Source: Auanema rhodensis
Lineage: Eukaryota; Animalia; Nematoda
DNA: 64,000 nucleotides
Reading direction: 5' to 3'
Assembly: GCA_964057225.1 (NCBI GenBank)
Contig: OZ059897.1
Location: 13,640,001 to 13,704,000, forward strand
Shown: positions 1 through 17,100 of the stretch, one piece after another
Layout: the number at the start of each line of letters is the position of its first letter
Position numbering within the stretch: the first letter of the stretch is position 1
Program-made: the position numbers and the translations under genes
Notes under the pieces: generated by a model
The model's database searches: none
What the model was told of the DNA's origin: nothing
What the model saw: only the letters and a program-made list of their open reading frames with translations

Positions 1-2519
1 CTGTACGTACTCGGTAATATGAGTACAAGAGCCAACCATGCAGTTTTTTACATAGATGGGATGTGATCGGCGTCTTTTTGAACAAAGGAGGGCACGACTC
101 ACTCTTCATGATGATGGGTTCCCATGGATAAGATGTAGGTATTTTTTAAAACAAACGGCTTCGCAGTGACTGGTACCCCCTTTCCTCCTCATGTTCCTCA
201 GCAATTTTTTGAATGATCACGATGTATCAAACTTTACCCTGATGATTCAGATTTCTTCAAAGAGCATGGGCTAATGAACATGTACTCTCCAATCACAGTT
301 CAGCTGTCTCACATAGGTTGGGGTCAATCAAAAATTGCTTGAATACATTGAATTTTGAATGATGGTTACTAAAGGAAGACAATACACATGAAGAGATGGA
401 TTAGACGTGTTGGCATCTGCTGTTGCTGTTGTGTCCTCATATTTTTGTATCTGGTACTGTATGTGCTGTGAAAGATGAACCAAAAAGAGCCTAATGCACC
501 TGTTACTTATTCACTTAACAGTATAGTAAGAAAGGGTCGGATAAAATAATTTGGCCGACTATCATAAGTTTGATTCAATGACAATGCATAATAGGTTTTG
601 TTGTTTGATAGTGATTAAACACATCGTATGATGTATACAGTATTCAAAAAAGATTCAAACCTTATAACTTTAAGTTTAATGTTTAATTCTTCTAATTTTC
701 TGTTCAAACAAGACTATATAAATCTTAGTTGAGAAAAGTCCTATTATGCTTAGCTCCACTCAAGCTCTCTCAATAATTACTTACGTATCAAAGAGTAGAG
801 TCTCTTGAAAAAAAATAGTTAGATCATACGTATCGTCAATAACGGAAATTTCTACCCAGATTAATTGTTCTAGAGGCATCCGCCTAGCCATTAACGCTCA
901 ATCTTTTTCATAACCACACATACCGCTCAACATCTGGCGACAGTTGCTTCTTAGATTCAAACATAAAAGCGATAGCATGAGTATTTCTTTGTTTCTTAAC
1001 GGGTCAATTATGTGTTCTGTTGCAATCTTGTGTTATTTTCAAAGAGTGCTATTATAATTCCTGGGATTGGCAGTTATTTCTCGGGACGTTCAACATCTAG
1101 TTTGGATATCCTTGGACTGTGGAACGGAGTTCTATAGACGAGTTACTACGCGCCAAAAACCAATGAATTCCTTGAAGTTTAACTCACTGTGACATTAAAG
1201 GTTGTCAAGCCTAAAGTGATATGCATTAACTCGCGTGCCAATCGCTGTCCATCCAGCATATTTTCTTGAAATCTTGAGGGCGGCAACGTTTCATCGGCCT
1301 TGGCTACTCATGTTATCGTTGTAGATCAGTTAATGTTAGAACTATCTTTTGCAACCTTGGGTTTATGCTGGGCTTTTCCACTTTTCACACCCATTGAAGC
1401 AACATCTTGAAATAGTAAGCGTTTGATCTTTATCGTATTTGCAAGCGCTAAAATGAAGCAAATGACTTCTTGAAAAAAAGATACTTTTATACAAAAGAAT
1501 ATTTTTCAATTTCTTGATTAATGGTCATTTTCCCGCTTCAAATTGGCAGTTTGCTATCTTCTTCAACTATTTAGAATTACCTCATTTGAGACATTGTGAC
1601 ATTTTGTCTGCCTGTTGCTGATAGCTACACATTTTCGAAGATTTAGATTCAATCGACCTCCTAGATGACTTCGGTTTATTAACCTCCTGCCATTGATATA
1701 AACAAATGAAGACAATGAAACAGTTGTTGGATATGCGAATTTGAGACAGCCTGAGATGGAACATCGTATCGTAATAGCAGTATGGGGGAAGGTACATTCT
1801 GCTCAAACTTCTGCTGACTCTCCTGTTTATACTTCATTCAAAAGAGCTATGATCATAAAAAACTTACCATTCAAACGGTACTTCTGTTGTTACCCAATAA
1901 ACATTGTTCCAAATAAGGCAAGGTGACTTGACCTATCACCTATAATGTATTCTTCCTTCGCACTCTAAAGAAAACCGCCTATAGTTTATGATTACAATGA
2001 TATATAGAGAATATTCAAACTTATTCATGACCTGCCTAACTCGGGTAACATGAGATATCTACCCCGGACGCATAAAAACTTAAACAAGCGGTTAATCTCT
2101 TTTGTCTTATGTTTGCTAAGTTGCATCTCCATGGCTGTTTACCGTATATTAACTAAATTAGTGGGAGCTTACATAAACATTACTAGTATATTATCCTATC
2201 TTTAATGGAATAACTAGGAATAGATGGATGATGTACTGCTTGAGCAAAAATGTTTGTTATTGAGAGGTACGGTGAATTTTTATGAGAAACTAAACTAAAC
2301 AAAACAATTTAAATAAAAAAATTATTTAATTAATAACATGATTTTTTATTGAAAAATATTGTAAATGGATTGTTTCATTGATTTAGCTTACAGTTAATTT
2401 AAATCAATTCCTTTTCTTTTATACTTCTGGATTCTCCTCGGAAGGATTGAAACGTGCTCTATCGGCAATCGCAAGTTTGAACTACATATATTATTTATAA
2501 AGCTATAAGAAATATTATA

Positions 2520-4505
<1,986 letters not shown>

Positions 4506-4628
4506 ACAGGGGAAAAAGTTTCTAGTAAAGCTGAAAACTTCTAATAGGAACATTTAATGAATTTTCATACAATAGTTTTACTTCAAGTTCAAAATACAAG
4601 ACATGCCAAAATAGAAAAAAATAAAAAA

Positions 4629-7600
4629 TCAGCAAGTTGGATATATCGATAGTTCTCTTAGTACATCGATAAGCAGGTATTCTGAAATTTAAAAATTCAG
4701 CATGTATTCTGATCGCTGAAGACATAACCTTCATCAGTTAAAACTCCTTTTTGTTCACAGATTTCACAAGTTCTATTTATCAAATTTTCCACATGAGGTC
4801 TAAGTGCAGCCACATTTGATGCCGCAATTTGATCCATTGTTATATGTAAACTAAAAGAAAGTATTAGGATCAAAGAATTTCGAAATTATTATTACAACTT
4901 ATCCAGCAAAATAAGATCTTGCCCAATACATTCAACACTTTTACTTGCATACAGCAGTAAAAAAATTGGGGAAATGGTAGAGGATTCTTTACAAATTATT
5001 GTTCGCGAAACAATCTAAAAAAATCATAATATTAAACATTTCTTCATTATGTACTTTTTCTGTATAGAGAACTAATGCGGGAGTCTCAGTTTGAACACCA
5101 GAATGTAGAAAAATAGCATGTGTGCCATCCAATGTTATTCCCTTGAAGTAGACCAGAGTTTTAGAATTAATCAAAAAGACAAACCTTTTTCTTACTTTTT
5201 AAATAACAAATATTGGGATATAAAGATGGAGTAAGTACTGCGGTAAGAATATCTATATACATTTCAGAAGATTCACCCTTAATTGAAATATCATTGAAAA
5301 GTTCTGAAGGAAAGTTACAGTGACGCAGAGTATCAATGATTTGCGTTTTCACTTTTCTGAAACAAAAATAAACAATTGCCCTCTTATTTGAAACAACGAA
5401 CGCAGCTAAAGCCACCACAGGAACTTTAATAGAAAAAGATTGCAAAAAATTGTCAGCAGAAACTGGATCTACGGCTTTATTAAGCAGATATGATTGAAGA
5501 ATAGCAACCTAAAATAAGATGTTAGTCAACTAAAAAAAGAAATTTGTTTACAAGAATAGCATGATCAGAAACGCGATTAAACGAAAAGTAAGATTTTGCT
5601 TCAATTTCTGACTGAGTTGAAGAGTAAGGAGATCCAACAGAAATCATTGCTATTAGTTCTATTGTTAAAGAACCAACACTTAAAACATAAAAACGTCCAA
5701 AACGGTGATAACAATAATACTAACCCTAGGATTGTTCCTAGAATAATAGCTTTGCCCATTGCTGGTGAGACAGGAAGACGAGACAGCACTTGTCCTAATT
5801 TAGTTATATTATTGTTACCATCTATTGCTCCCAATTCTAAAAGCATTCTCGTAATATATATTTCAACTTATACAAACGTTTCAAGTTATCTTCTGCACTT
5901 TTAAGGCTTTCTAAATCTGGAGGATCCAAAGCCATTTCTAGAACATCGTGCGGTTCACCTATACCAAGCATTTTTATATGAAGGATTAGCTCATCTAGAG
6001 ATAAGCGTTTAATTTCAGGAATAGGATTATCTCTCAATCTACAAAAAAGCTCATTCTCTAGTTTAACTATTATATTACTATTTACACTTCGAAATGGTCT
6101 TTAGTACATAGATGGAAACAGATTCCAGCTTTCACTCTTCCAGCACGTCCTCTTCTCTGAATCATATTTGACTTTGAAATCCATGCTATATCAAGTTGAG
6201 TGACATTTTGGCAATGATATGCTTCCTTATGTCTAAAGCATAGCTTTATTAATTTATTATAAACTAAAGAAAACCTGCAGGAGTCTATGACATGTGAAAT
6301 GTCGTCAATAGTAATACTCGATTCAGCTATATTTGTTGACAAAATAATCTATAAAATAAAATATATATTTAGTTTTCAGAATGTTTTAACTTTCGTTTTT
6401 GCGCTTTTCAGGAAAACCCTAGACTGCTCTTCCCGTGTTAATGATGAATGTAGAGGATATATATCAGCTATTTCTCCTACAATTGCTTACATGAATATTG
6501 AAGAAAATAAATTAAAACCGACTAATCATCTCATTCGATTCAAGAATGTCTTTGAGTTGAGCAATTTCATACCACCCAGGTAAAAACGTTAAAATAGATC
6601 CTGTCACTTTTTTTGATAATATATTACATAATAGTTCCTGAAAATATTCATAAAATGTTGAAAAAACAAAGAAAAAAACTTTTATCAAATATAATGTTTC
6701 ATGAAGAGGTAAATGAATAATGTTTTTATCAACATGCTCTTCTTCTTCTAACGGTACTAGATTATATTGGTCTTCTATTTTCATCCGCTTTAAAATGTCT
6801 TCAATGAAATATGCTGAAAACAATAGAGAGGTAAAACTACTTATGTTATCACACTTTTCACAGGATATGCGTTTCCGGCTACAGTGATAATAGGACAGTT
6901 ATTTAAATAAGAGGAAAATTGTTCAGAATCCATGGAAGCGCTCATAAGTATGACACGAAGATTAGCCTTATTTTGAATTAACATTTTAACTAAGATCAGT
7001 AAGAAGTCCGTCTGAATAACTACATTGAAAAACAAAAATAATCAAACCCTTACTTGCAAACTTCTCTCGTGAATCTCATCGATTATTAGATGAGAAATTC
7101 CTTTTAATCCTTTTTGTAATTTGCGTAAAAGTATGCCAATTGTACAAAACACCATGGAGCCATAAGGACGAGGAAATACGTGATCTAATCTGTTTAAAAA
7201 AACATACGCCGAAGCATGAAGCATAGGAAGATACCTCACACTGTATCCAACTGAAGTTCCTAATTTCTCACCTCTCTCTGAGGCAACTCTTTTTGCTAAA
7301 GCAATAGCAGCAATTTTTCGAGGCTGTGTGATATAAGCTGAGAACTCTGCTCCCCGACCATCATTCAAATAATCTTCGAAAAGAAATTGAACAACCTAAG
7401 ATGAAATGTTTTTATTACCGAAGGTCTTGAAATTAAGGAACCTGGGTGCTTTTTCCACTACCAGTGCCACCTTTAATTATAACTATTTGATTATTTCTTA
7501 CAGTATCCACAATATCATTTCTGAATAAATTGAATGAGCATTTGAAATAATGGACAAAAAAAACTTCTTCTCAAATATGGGCAGTGTATCGTTCTTTTTG

Positions 7601-8818
7601 TTCGCCTTATGTTGCCGTTCGAATTTCTGAATCGTATCATTGGCAGCCTTCCAAGACAACTACAACTCAGTATTAAATATAATATATTAATAACAAAAAA
7701 ACATCACGCCAGATTCCATCCACAATTTCCTGTGATTTCCAGGGATTCCAGTTAGTATCTGGTCCACCCCAAACAAATTCTTTGTCATACTGCTGAAAAG
7801 CAACAATGATTGCAAGATATTGCATATTATGATCAAACAATAGTTGAATTCTTAAGGATTGTGCTATCCCTTAGTAATTGAACAGGCTCTGAAATAGAAG
7901 CTGAACCACTAATAACTTCTGGTCTCAATTTTGAAAGTAGTAGATAATGGCAAAGAACATCATCAGCTGTCCGTGTTATTGCCACTTTCATAGGAGACAT
8001 CTAAATTAAACAAATAAAACAATATAATGATATATTTTAAAACATTGCCCGTTCGTTTCTTGTTAAATACAATAGTGGAATTTGATTTAGAATCTGAGAA
8101 AGTCGAAGTTGCTTTAGGTATTAAGTTATGCTCTTTTAAATATGCGACAGCTTCTTGGCCACAATTGTATTTAGCAATTTGGGCAGTTTCACCGTTACAA
8201 ACGAAAGTCTCATCTAGAATAATGACTTAATTACGAAACTATAAGTAATAGTACCTAAATTAATAGATCGCACTTTTATCGTTAATGATCCTTTAAATGT
8301 CCTAAATTCATTTTTAAATATTAGTGGAAACAGGAAAAAAACTACCCCTCATATTCTTCACACTCAAAGCTCGGTTTCATTTTATAATTATATAGAAAGT
8401 TATTTACTAACATCAAATCTAGTCCACGTCCATGAATATGTTCAACCGCTGCTTTTCCAGAAGTCGATTGCTTCTCGCAATTGTTCAAGAAAACTGTACT
8501 CTCATTTGAACTACTGGGAGAACCTATTATATCTCCTAGTGAACAATTCATAATCTTTTCAACTTCAATAATAGCAAGTCTTGCTGATTCCTCGCGTGCA
8601 ATCTGTATTTGTTTGAAAAAATATACCAGTAATAAGCTTACCTTTTTATTTATACCGGATGCTGACACCCTGAGCGACAAGGAAAGAATGGATGTTGTGC
8701 AAATAAATTCATTATTTTCAAGATTATATTCATATAAGTAAGTTGGTATTCCCTTCTTATTTTGACCCAACCAGCCATACAATCTATCAGCACAGCTTCT
8801 TTTGATAATATCTGACAT
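4629..8818 (-). CDS. rha-1: DEAH-box RNA helicase A (DHX9/RHA-1-like) with N-terminal dsRBD-like repeats
   Basis: [105 protein letters not shown]. Last exon ends ...[10 protein letters not shown]. Confidence 0.9.
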
Positions 8819-8998
8819 ATCTTTGCTAAATATGTTTAAATTTCGGTCTAGCCGTCATATTGAAAATATTTTATTTTATGTGGCGTTTGACTAAAAATAG
8901 AGTTTTGTCGACTACCCGAAATTAAACTTTATAAACTCTTAATATTTACTGTATGAAATTTGGCTAATTATACTATTATTGCAGATCAGAAAGCAGAG
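8819..8998. promoter_or_regulatory. Compact bidirectional promoter between rha-1 (-) and UTP6 (+)
   Basis: Divergent ATGs only 180 bp apart; ATTGCAG acceptor (candidate trans-splice site) just upstream of the UTP6 ATG. Confidence 0.55.
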
Positions 8999-11530
8999 AT
9001 GGGAGAGTTTGTTGAGTCAAGTTTGGAAAGTTTAGTTCCGGTACTTGAACAGTTGGGAAATATACAATTGCTTGATAATCAAGAATTGGGTTCATTTATT
9101 AAACGCTGTAGAAGATATGAATACAGACTACAAAAAAAAGTAAGAAGTGTTTATAAAGTGTTTCTTAATATAATATTTAGGAAAAAAGTACGGAAGATTT
9201 CACTTTATATGCCGATTACTTAACAGATGTTCTCGCGCTTATTAAAAGCAGAAGAGCAAGAATAAACTACTACCATAAATTGAAACTAATAGACTTCGAA
9301 ATTATCAAAAAGATCGTTAGTTTACTTAGGCGATGCTGTGATAGATATTTGGTATTATCTTGCTTGTGATATTTAAATTATATTGTAAATGTTTTGAGGG
9401 GCGTACTGATATTTGGCGAAAATATTTCAAATTTCTCCTGGAACATCACCAATACAAGGATTTGAGTAAAGCATACAGTAGATGCCTACAGGTGAGCAAA
9501 AACAAACTTTTTTGTATTATTTTTTTTAGTATAATAACAAAGATACTGATCTGTACGGGGAAGCTGCTTTATTCGAGTTAACTTTGAATGCTAGTGTGGA
9601 AAACGCCAGAGTATTACTCCAACTTGCTTTGCGTCGTTTTTCTGATGATCTCAAATTATATAAATATTTCTTCAATGTAGAGATTCTTTATGTCGAGAGG
9701 TTTTACTTTTTTCAAATATTATTCTTATTGTGATATTTAGAATAATTTCCCGTAGAAATTATTTGGCTACAGGTGGAAAAAAGAAAAAGGAAAGAGGAGA
9801 TGATGAAGAAGACTGTATGTTTTTTTTAATGTTTTTTTTTCACGACTAATAAATAATATTTAGTACCGGAGTTCGATGTTACTGATGCTACTGATGCTAT
9901 AATGAATCTGCAAGTTGCGGAGGTGGTATTATGTAATGCCCTTCGTAATATTCCAGAAGATAAAAGAGGAGGCTAGACTTAGTTTAAAATTTAGATAAAT
10001 GAATTTGATTTAAGAATTCCTAAATGAAATCTGGATAATTTTGTCAGGTGCAAAGCTCGCTAGTAAAGAGTCTGTTCAAAGGCTCAAAGATCTAGTTGAA
10101 GCGGAAGTTGATAAGCTTAGTAAAGAAGATATTCATTCGTTCTTAGCCACTCGTGCTCACGTTAATAATGAGGTTGATAAAAAAAAATACAAGATAATAA
10201 TTAAAAGTTTACAGAATGTTTATGATGTTTTTGAAGATGCTATCGCTGTTTGTCAAACGGAAGAAATGTTCCGTAGATATTTAAAATATTGTAAAGATAG
10301 AGTGAACGGTTTGACTTTTTTAGATTCATTTATACCCCTTGGAATTTAGATCCTATTGCTTCTTCACGGATTTCTTACATACTTGGAAAACTTATTGAGA
10401 ATGGTTGGGCAAGTATGTCTGATTATAGTTTGGTAAGTATAATTCCTTGAAAGTTAAATTTTTTTTCTTCTTAGATATCTTCAAATATTAATTCCCTTAT
10501 TGATCAGTCCGATAAAGATAAGGTTCTGGAAGAAGCTATCAAGGTTTTGCAAAAATATTTCTAAAAAGTATTTGAGACTTTAGCATTATCCTACATCAGC
10601 GGAATTTTGGTCAAAATTCATCGAATATAAAATTGAAGAAGTGGATGATTTTAACAAGGAAAACATTACTCGAATTTTGGATTATTTCAATGAAGCAATC
10701 GAAAAGGTTATTCAATAATATGTGTATATCTAATTTCTCATCTAATTTATGTTATAGATTCCTATTGATGAAAGTTTTCCTGTTTGGGAAATTCTTATAG
10801 ACTTTTCCGTACAACATGCACCTAAAAATGTTGAACAGGTATCAGAATTTTAAAAATTTATTTCTTGAAATTTTAAAAATTTTTTTCAGATATTTGAGAG
10901 AGCTCTGATGATAACATCACCTGTTGTTGCTTCGGAAATAAAGTTGATTCGTGTGAAATATTTGGATGCTCTTGTTTCAGAAGGCAAACTCAATGAATCT
11001 GACCGTAGGACAGAGATTGAAAAGCTCATTTCTCAGAAACCTAATGAGTATGATGACTATTTTTTCGAGTTTAACTTAAATTTTTTAGGCCTTCTTTTTA
11101 TATTACCCTTGGAAATATGATTCTTTCTGCTTCTATTCCTGACATAGAGCTAGCTAAAATGGCTTATGATTCTGCAGTAACTGAGCATTCTACAAGCAGT
11201 GTTGACTCATGGATTGAATATATAAAATTTGCTTATAAATACAACGTAAAGCAAATTTCTGGATTATATCAAGTGAGAAATATTATTTTTTCATAAATAT
11301 TGATTTTTTTATAGAGAGCTATGGTTACACTTGATAAAGAGTTCTGTTCTGATTTTATCACCAAATGGACCCAAGTGAGTCATGAAGAAGCAGAAAAGGT
11401 AATTTTGAAATTTTCCAGCATTTGCTTTAAAACTTTTTTTCAGAGTGTTCGAAAAGATTCTGTTAAAAGAGTATTGGAAGTTGAACAAGGAAAAACGAAT
11501 GAAATTAAAAAGAAAAAGGCGAAATGTTAA
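8999..11530 (+). CDS. UTP6: U3 snoRNA-associated protein 6 (HAT-repeat SSU processome subunit)
   Basis: N-terminus MGEFVESSLESLVPVLEQLGNIQLLDNQELGSFIKRCRRYEYRL matches the U3_assoc_6 pattern. HAT-like repeats follow (DIWRKYFKF, ENARVLLQLALR, DSWIEYIKF), with a basic tail KKKKAKC*. Confidence 0.85.
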
Positions 11531-11601
11531 GTTTTTGTTGTTATTGTTGATTTTTATATTTTTGAAAACTGTTTTGAGTTGTTAGATTTGTTGCTGATAT
11601 G

Positions 11602-11714
11602 AATAAATAAAAAAATTTGCAATTATTTTGTTTTCTTCTATTAGTAGATAGGTTTTTTCAACCACGTATTCGAAACTGTGCATGATGCTTGATTTATCAT
11701 GCGAACAAGTATAG
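11602..11714 (+). promoter_or_regulatory. Operon-type intercistronic region (polyA signal to trans-splice acceptor), UTP6 to ddx-19
   Basis: AATAAA at 11602-11607, a U-rich tract, then an AG at 11713-11714 immediately before the ddx-19 ATG; spacing of about 110 nt is typical of SL2 operons. Confidence 0.55.
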
Positions 11715-14186
11715 ATGTCATCTTGGGCCGACGATTTCTTGGAGCAGGAAAAAGCTGAGGCAGCGAGGGACCCATCATACAAAATTGTAAAATTGCTTTC
11801 ATGAAACGTTTTCATATTTTTATTCAGACAGAGCAGAAACCTCAGCAATCTTCTCCCCAACCTTTCTCTCCACAATCATTCACCCCATCCCACCCTTTTC
11901 CACCTCCTCAACATTCTTTTGGAGCTGCTCGTGGTTTGCATTCTAGTGTCTGTTATTATATATAGTTCTTTCAAGGTGCAAATCATGGATTTAGCCCTAG
12001 GGGTGGTTCTGTTTTCAATCCTTCTTTAGTTCCTCAACGAGGAGGTAGATCAGTAGGCTAGTTGCTTTAATTGAATTCTTTGTTTTCAGGTTTTTCTTCT
12101 CCTGGTTTTTCTCCTCGACGTGGAAGAGGAGCTTCTGCTGCACCACCATTTGTAATTTTTATGTTTTTTTTTTAAATATATAGAAGTAAACTCCTTTCGG
12201 AAATTATATGCAATAATTTTATTGAAAATTTCTTTTAATCAAAGTTGTGTTTAGCCTCATCCTGCAGCACAGCAGCCACCTTTAGATGATTCAACCATAG
12301 ATAATCGTAATAAGCGTTTTGGATTCCTATTTTTAATTTTGCTTATAGCTATGTCTCCGGAAGAAATTGCGCTCCTCAACAAATTTCTTCATAAAAAGGT
12401 CCAAATGATGCGAGAAGGAACAGTAGATGTTCAAAAGCAAAGGGCAGACCCTACTAGTCCTCTTCATTCGGTCATAGCTTTCAGAGAATTAAGAATGTAA
12501 AACTATTAAACAGTCATATAGTGATAACTAATTGTTTCTACAGCAAACCTGAACTATTGAAAGCATTGGATTTGATGGGTTTCGAACAGCCTTCTAAGAT
12601 TCAAGAATTTGCTTTGCCATTATTATTGATGGAGCCGTATGTCTTTTTCATGAAAAAGAAATGGATTTTATTTTTTCAGTCCTACTAACATGATTGCTCA
12701 ATCTCAATCAGGAACTGGAAAAACTGCTGCGTTTGTCTTAACAATGCTCTCTAGAGTTAACATTGAGAAGAAATATCCTCAATGCTTGTGCTTAGCTCCT
12801 ACTTATGAGTTAGCAAGGCAAATTGGTTGAATAGGATAATATTAGTTTGCATTACAAAAATGTTCCAGGAGAAGTTATGACCGAAATGGCTAAATTCATG
12901 GGCGATTTAAGAATTCACTATGCCGTCAAGGGAAGTACTGGTGAGTCAATATGAAGAAGTTAACATTTAATTAGTATTTCTACAGTAATTCGTGGCCAAA
13001 GCCTTACTGAGCAGATTATAATTGGAACGCCTGGACGAGTAAGCTTTTTTTTCTTGATTTTGAACATATCTGTTATAGGTCATCGATTACATTACGAAAT
13101 TCAAAGCTTTTGATCCTGCCGAAATAGTTTGTATTGTGTTAGATGAAGCTGACGTTATGATAAGTCAACGTGGCCATTTGGATCTTAGTTATAGAATTTA
13201 TAAGTACTTCTGCATGTTGTTTCTTTCAAACACAATTTATATTTAGTGCTATTCACGAATCTTCTCCTCATGTACAGGCTATGCTGTTCTCTGCTACATA
13301 TGATCCACCTGTAATGGAATTTGCTGAAAATTTGATCAAGGATGCTGTTTCTGTGACGTATGTTTTGGAGATCAATTTTGAGTAAAATACCTATAATCAG
13401 ACTTAAACGTGAAGACCAAGCTTTACCAAATATCAAACAATATTTTGTTGAATGTCATAGCAGAGATGCTAAATTTAAGGTTTGATTGTGTGATAAATCG
13501 TAGTTTTTATCAAAAGTTCAGGCAGTATGTGATCTGTACAGTGGTCTAGTTATTGCTTCTTCTGTGATTTTCACGCATACTAGAAGTAGTGCCGCGTGGA
13601 TCGCAGCGCGAATGTCTGAGAGAGGACATGATGTAAATTGTGGAAATGTTAACAACATTTTTATTTACCTTCGGTTTAGGTTGCTCTTCTTCATGGAGAA
13701 ATGACTGTACAAGAAAGAGCTTTGGCTATTGAACAATTCAAGGAAGGATTGTACAAAGTTCTTATTACTACCAATGTGTGTGCTCGAGGTTTGTTCAAGA
13801 GTGGAACAGAATGAAATATTTTTTGGTTAGGAATTGATGTATCCCAAGTATCTATTGTGATTAATTACGATGTACCTTTTTACATGGATAATAAGGAAGA
13901 ACCCGACTTTGAAACATATATTCATAGAATCGGAAGGTGATTTGACCATTTTATTTCATAACTATGTTTAAAATAACGTTTAGAACTGGACGATTCGGAA
14001 AGTCTGGAATTGCTATCAATTTTGTTGATAGTCCTCATGCTTTAAGATTAATCAAGAAAATCAAAGATCATTTCGGTACTATTTTTGTATTCTTTATATA
14101 TATATTTTTTAACTTATCTAGGGAAAGAAATCATCAAGCTCGATCCTAGTGACATGGAACAATTAGAAGCTATTGAAAAAGATTAG
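11715..14186 (+). CDS. ddx-19: DEAD-box mRNA export helicase DDX19/Dbp5
   Basis: [101 protein letters not shown]. Ends LEAIEKD*. Confidence 0.95.
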
Positions 14187-17100
14187 CTTGGCAATATATA
14201 TTTAACAAATCCAAATGATCACTTACGAAATTCGCTCAATGTTTAGGGTACAGCTTGGTAAACGTATCATTCTGTTTTTTTTTAATCATCAAATGATTTT
14301 TCTTGGATATGTTTTTACGACAAAATGAATGTGTTTATCCATTTTGTTAGTTTTCACTTCTTTAAAAGATCAAAGAAACCTCGTTTTCATCAATTATGTG
14401 CTTACGAGCTGTCGTTCTTTATGATAGCAATTATTTTTTTTAGGGCAATAGGTTCATATTTCAATAGGTCAGTTATGAATATAAAGGACAGACTTAAATA
14501 TAGTCTTTAAAAAACAATTGTGTTATGCTTGGAAGGAAGTTGAGAGCTAGTCATTGGTTACAACATCTTTTGTTTGTAAATTGAATCTCATATTGTTTCT
14601 ATGAAAGTAATCGGAGACAAACAGTCCCTTCATGTGCTTTATTCAATAAATTCAGTCAAATCTTACCATTTTAATGACTAGATTGCTAATTACTTCGATT
14701 ACGAGAGGATTACGAGAGTTTCAGTAGTCATGTTTGCTTGTAATCTCAGTAAGAAGTCGTGTAAAGGTCAACCAGGTGTTACAATCCCTAAATACCTTAA
14801 TCTGTAAATTGCGCAACTGTGAATTTTCGCAGACATAGTTTTGCTTGTTCTTCACATTTCCTAATTAATTGCTAATTCATACTTCAGAATAAGATATACA
14901 AACGTTAACTGCTCTTAAAGACTTCTGTACTCGGTCATCATTCAAATGTTCTGAACAACATCATCAACATCATGTAGATAATGTTCCTTTTTGTGTGCAT
15001 ATGTGGTCTCAACTAAACCATAAATAGGCATAGTTAAAACATTGTATACATACATGTACAACTAACTATAGGAGTGCATATCATGTAGATGATGAATATT
15101 GAATAATGACACAGCTGAATATAGCTATATTCATGTCGAAAAACAAACAACAACAGATGACGCACTCATTACATGACCAGTCGCTAGTTGTCTCTTGTTT
15201 TTCCTTAATTGTAAGGCAGATGACAGCCTGATACTCCATTTTAGGCCATTCAGCCTGTGGCACTGACCCTCATCAAGTCAAGATGCTGCCTTTTTCTGCT
15301 TAGTCTTTCTTGATTAACAGTTGCCCCATCAGAATACAGTCAAGCTTTCGTTTCTATATTTATGTTCTAAAACTCAAGACTTATCTAACGGCTATATCAT
15401 GATGATTCATGGACACTATCAGCTATTCGCTGTAACTGTAACATCCCACATCTATTTTGTAATGATGATGCGTCAAACCGGGAATTGAGTGTAGCATTCA
15501 TTTATATTATCAAACGTCGAACTATTTCTTCAGTTATTCAGATGTTCTCCTAGAGCTCCCAGTCAACTCTACATTATCCACAATCGTTAAGAGTATCAAT
15601 AAACCGTTGTACTATGTTTTACTCAGTGCTTCCCTTTCCTGTACATTCTGGAACAAGTTATTATAGAGGAAAGATCGTTTTTTTCCTAATTATTTCTCTT
15701 TAGTCTTTACTATCCCTCGACAGAATAGGTTAGTTATCCTAATAAAGCGTAAGTTGAGAAGATGTATTGTTGACTCAGGACTAAAACGCAATTAACAAAG
15801 TCCCAAAGACTATATCATGACATTGGAACAGAGGCCAGATGTCATGAGATACCGTGTTGACCAAACGGATTTAGAAGCGGTTGGGTTCCATGTGATGACA
15901 ATCTGGAACCGATCCTCTCACCTCCGCTTTGCTCTTTATGTGCCCTCTGCTCCCTCCTTCATCTCTCGTATATATGACAACTTGGAGATCAATCTGTTCA
16001 TTATCCTCTTTGAAATCTCCCAGTCAACCTGCTGCTCTCGCTTTCTTTGGCCTGATGCGCTGCTCAGAGCATCTGTCCAGATTATCGCACTTGATTTTTT
16101 TGTATTAAGCTACTCCACTAGCATATACTGATTATAAAGAAGATATAATAGTAAAATATGTTTCTTAACATAATGTTTCATTAGCGAATAAGAAAATAAT
16201 CTAAGAATCATAATACAACCGTTAAGCAGAAATGACAGTGAATAATGGTTTCTTATGTTTGACTTGTTAGATGACGTGGCATCTAATTAACATAATCACT
16301 AGATTTCATGCAACAGACTTTCTATTTTGCAACCAGAAGGAGATTTTCAATGTTCAATATACAGAGTTTGCCTAATTGTGTTAGTTCAATAAGCAGAAAA
16401 GACATATGCATGCATGTATATATGCAATATCACGTAAATTGACTAATAGATGATTAAGTGGTAAGGTATTTCGATCTAATTTACGAATAAATAATTTCCT
16501 TTATAGTATTACGCTAAGGATTTGGTTATATACTACATACCTCATCTGGTCTTTCCGGGTGATTCGTATGCCCCCTAATTGCAATAGCAAACCACGCTTG
16601 TCCAGCATTTCATATTTTCATGTTTCATATAGTAATTTCTCAGCAATTCATTCTAACTTGTCAAACATTATCGAATCGAACACATGGTTCGGCATTCATT
16701 CTCTAATCGGTCATAACCAACTTGTCGTCAAAGCCGTACCCTTCAATAGTCACCGAACTTAGTCACGGTTTATCCAGCATCTCCACTTTTTTTAATCTTT
16801 AAAGCGCTGTATAGGTCCTCATCTCATCAAAGCTATTGTCATTGAGTCACCCACACATACACCACTCTGAACCATTGATTCGGAGTCTATTATCTCTTTT
16901 GCTACATACAGCAATCTACCACAGATCATCCTCTTTAGATCCGAAACTCTGGAGTTATCCTTTTTTTATTTTTTCTTCACACTCTTTATATTGCATTATG
17001 TCTCTCTTTTCTTCCTGAACTATCTGATGATTGTCTTTCTGTTTTTCTATTGCGCAATAGAAGTCAGAACCTTCAGTCAACATAAGATATCATCTCAAAG

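Noticed and set aside
1000-1990. Possible minus-strand spliced gene upstream of AlaRS
   Set aside because: One good GTAAG..CAG intron (about 1824-1868), but neighbouring segments contain stops and no family is recognisable.
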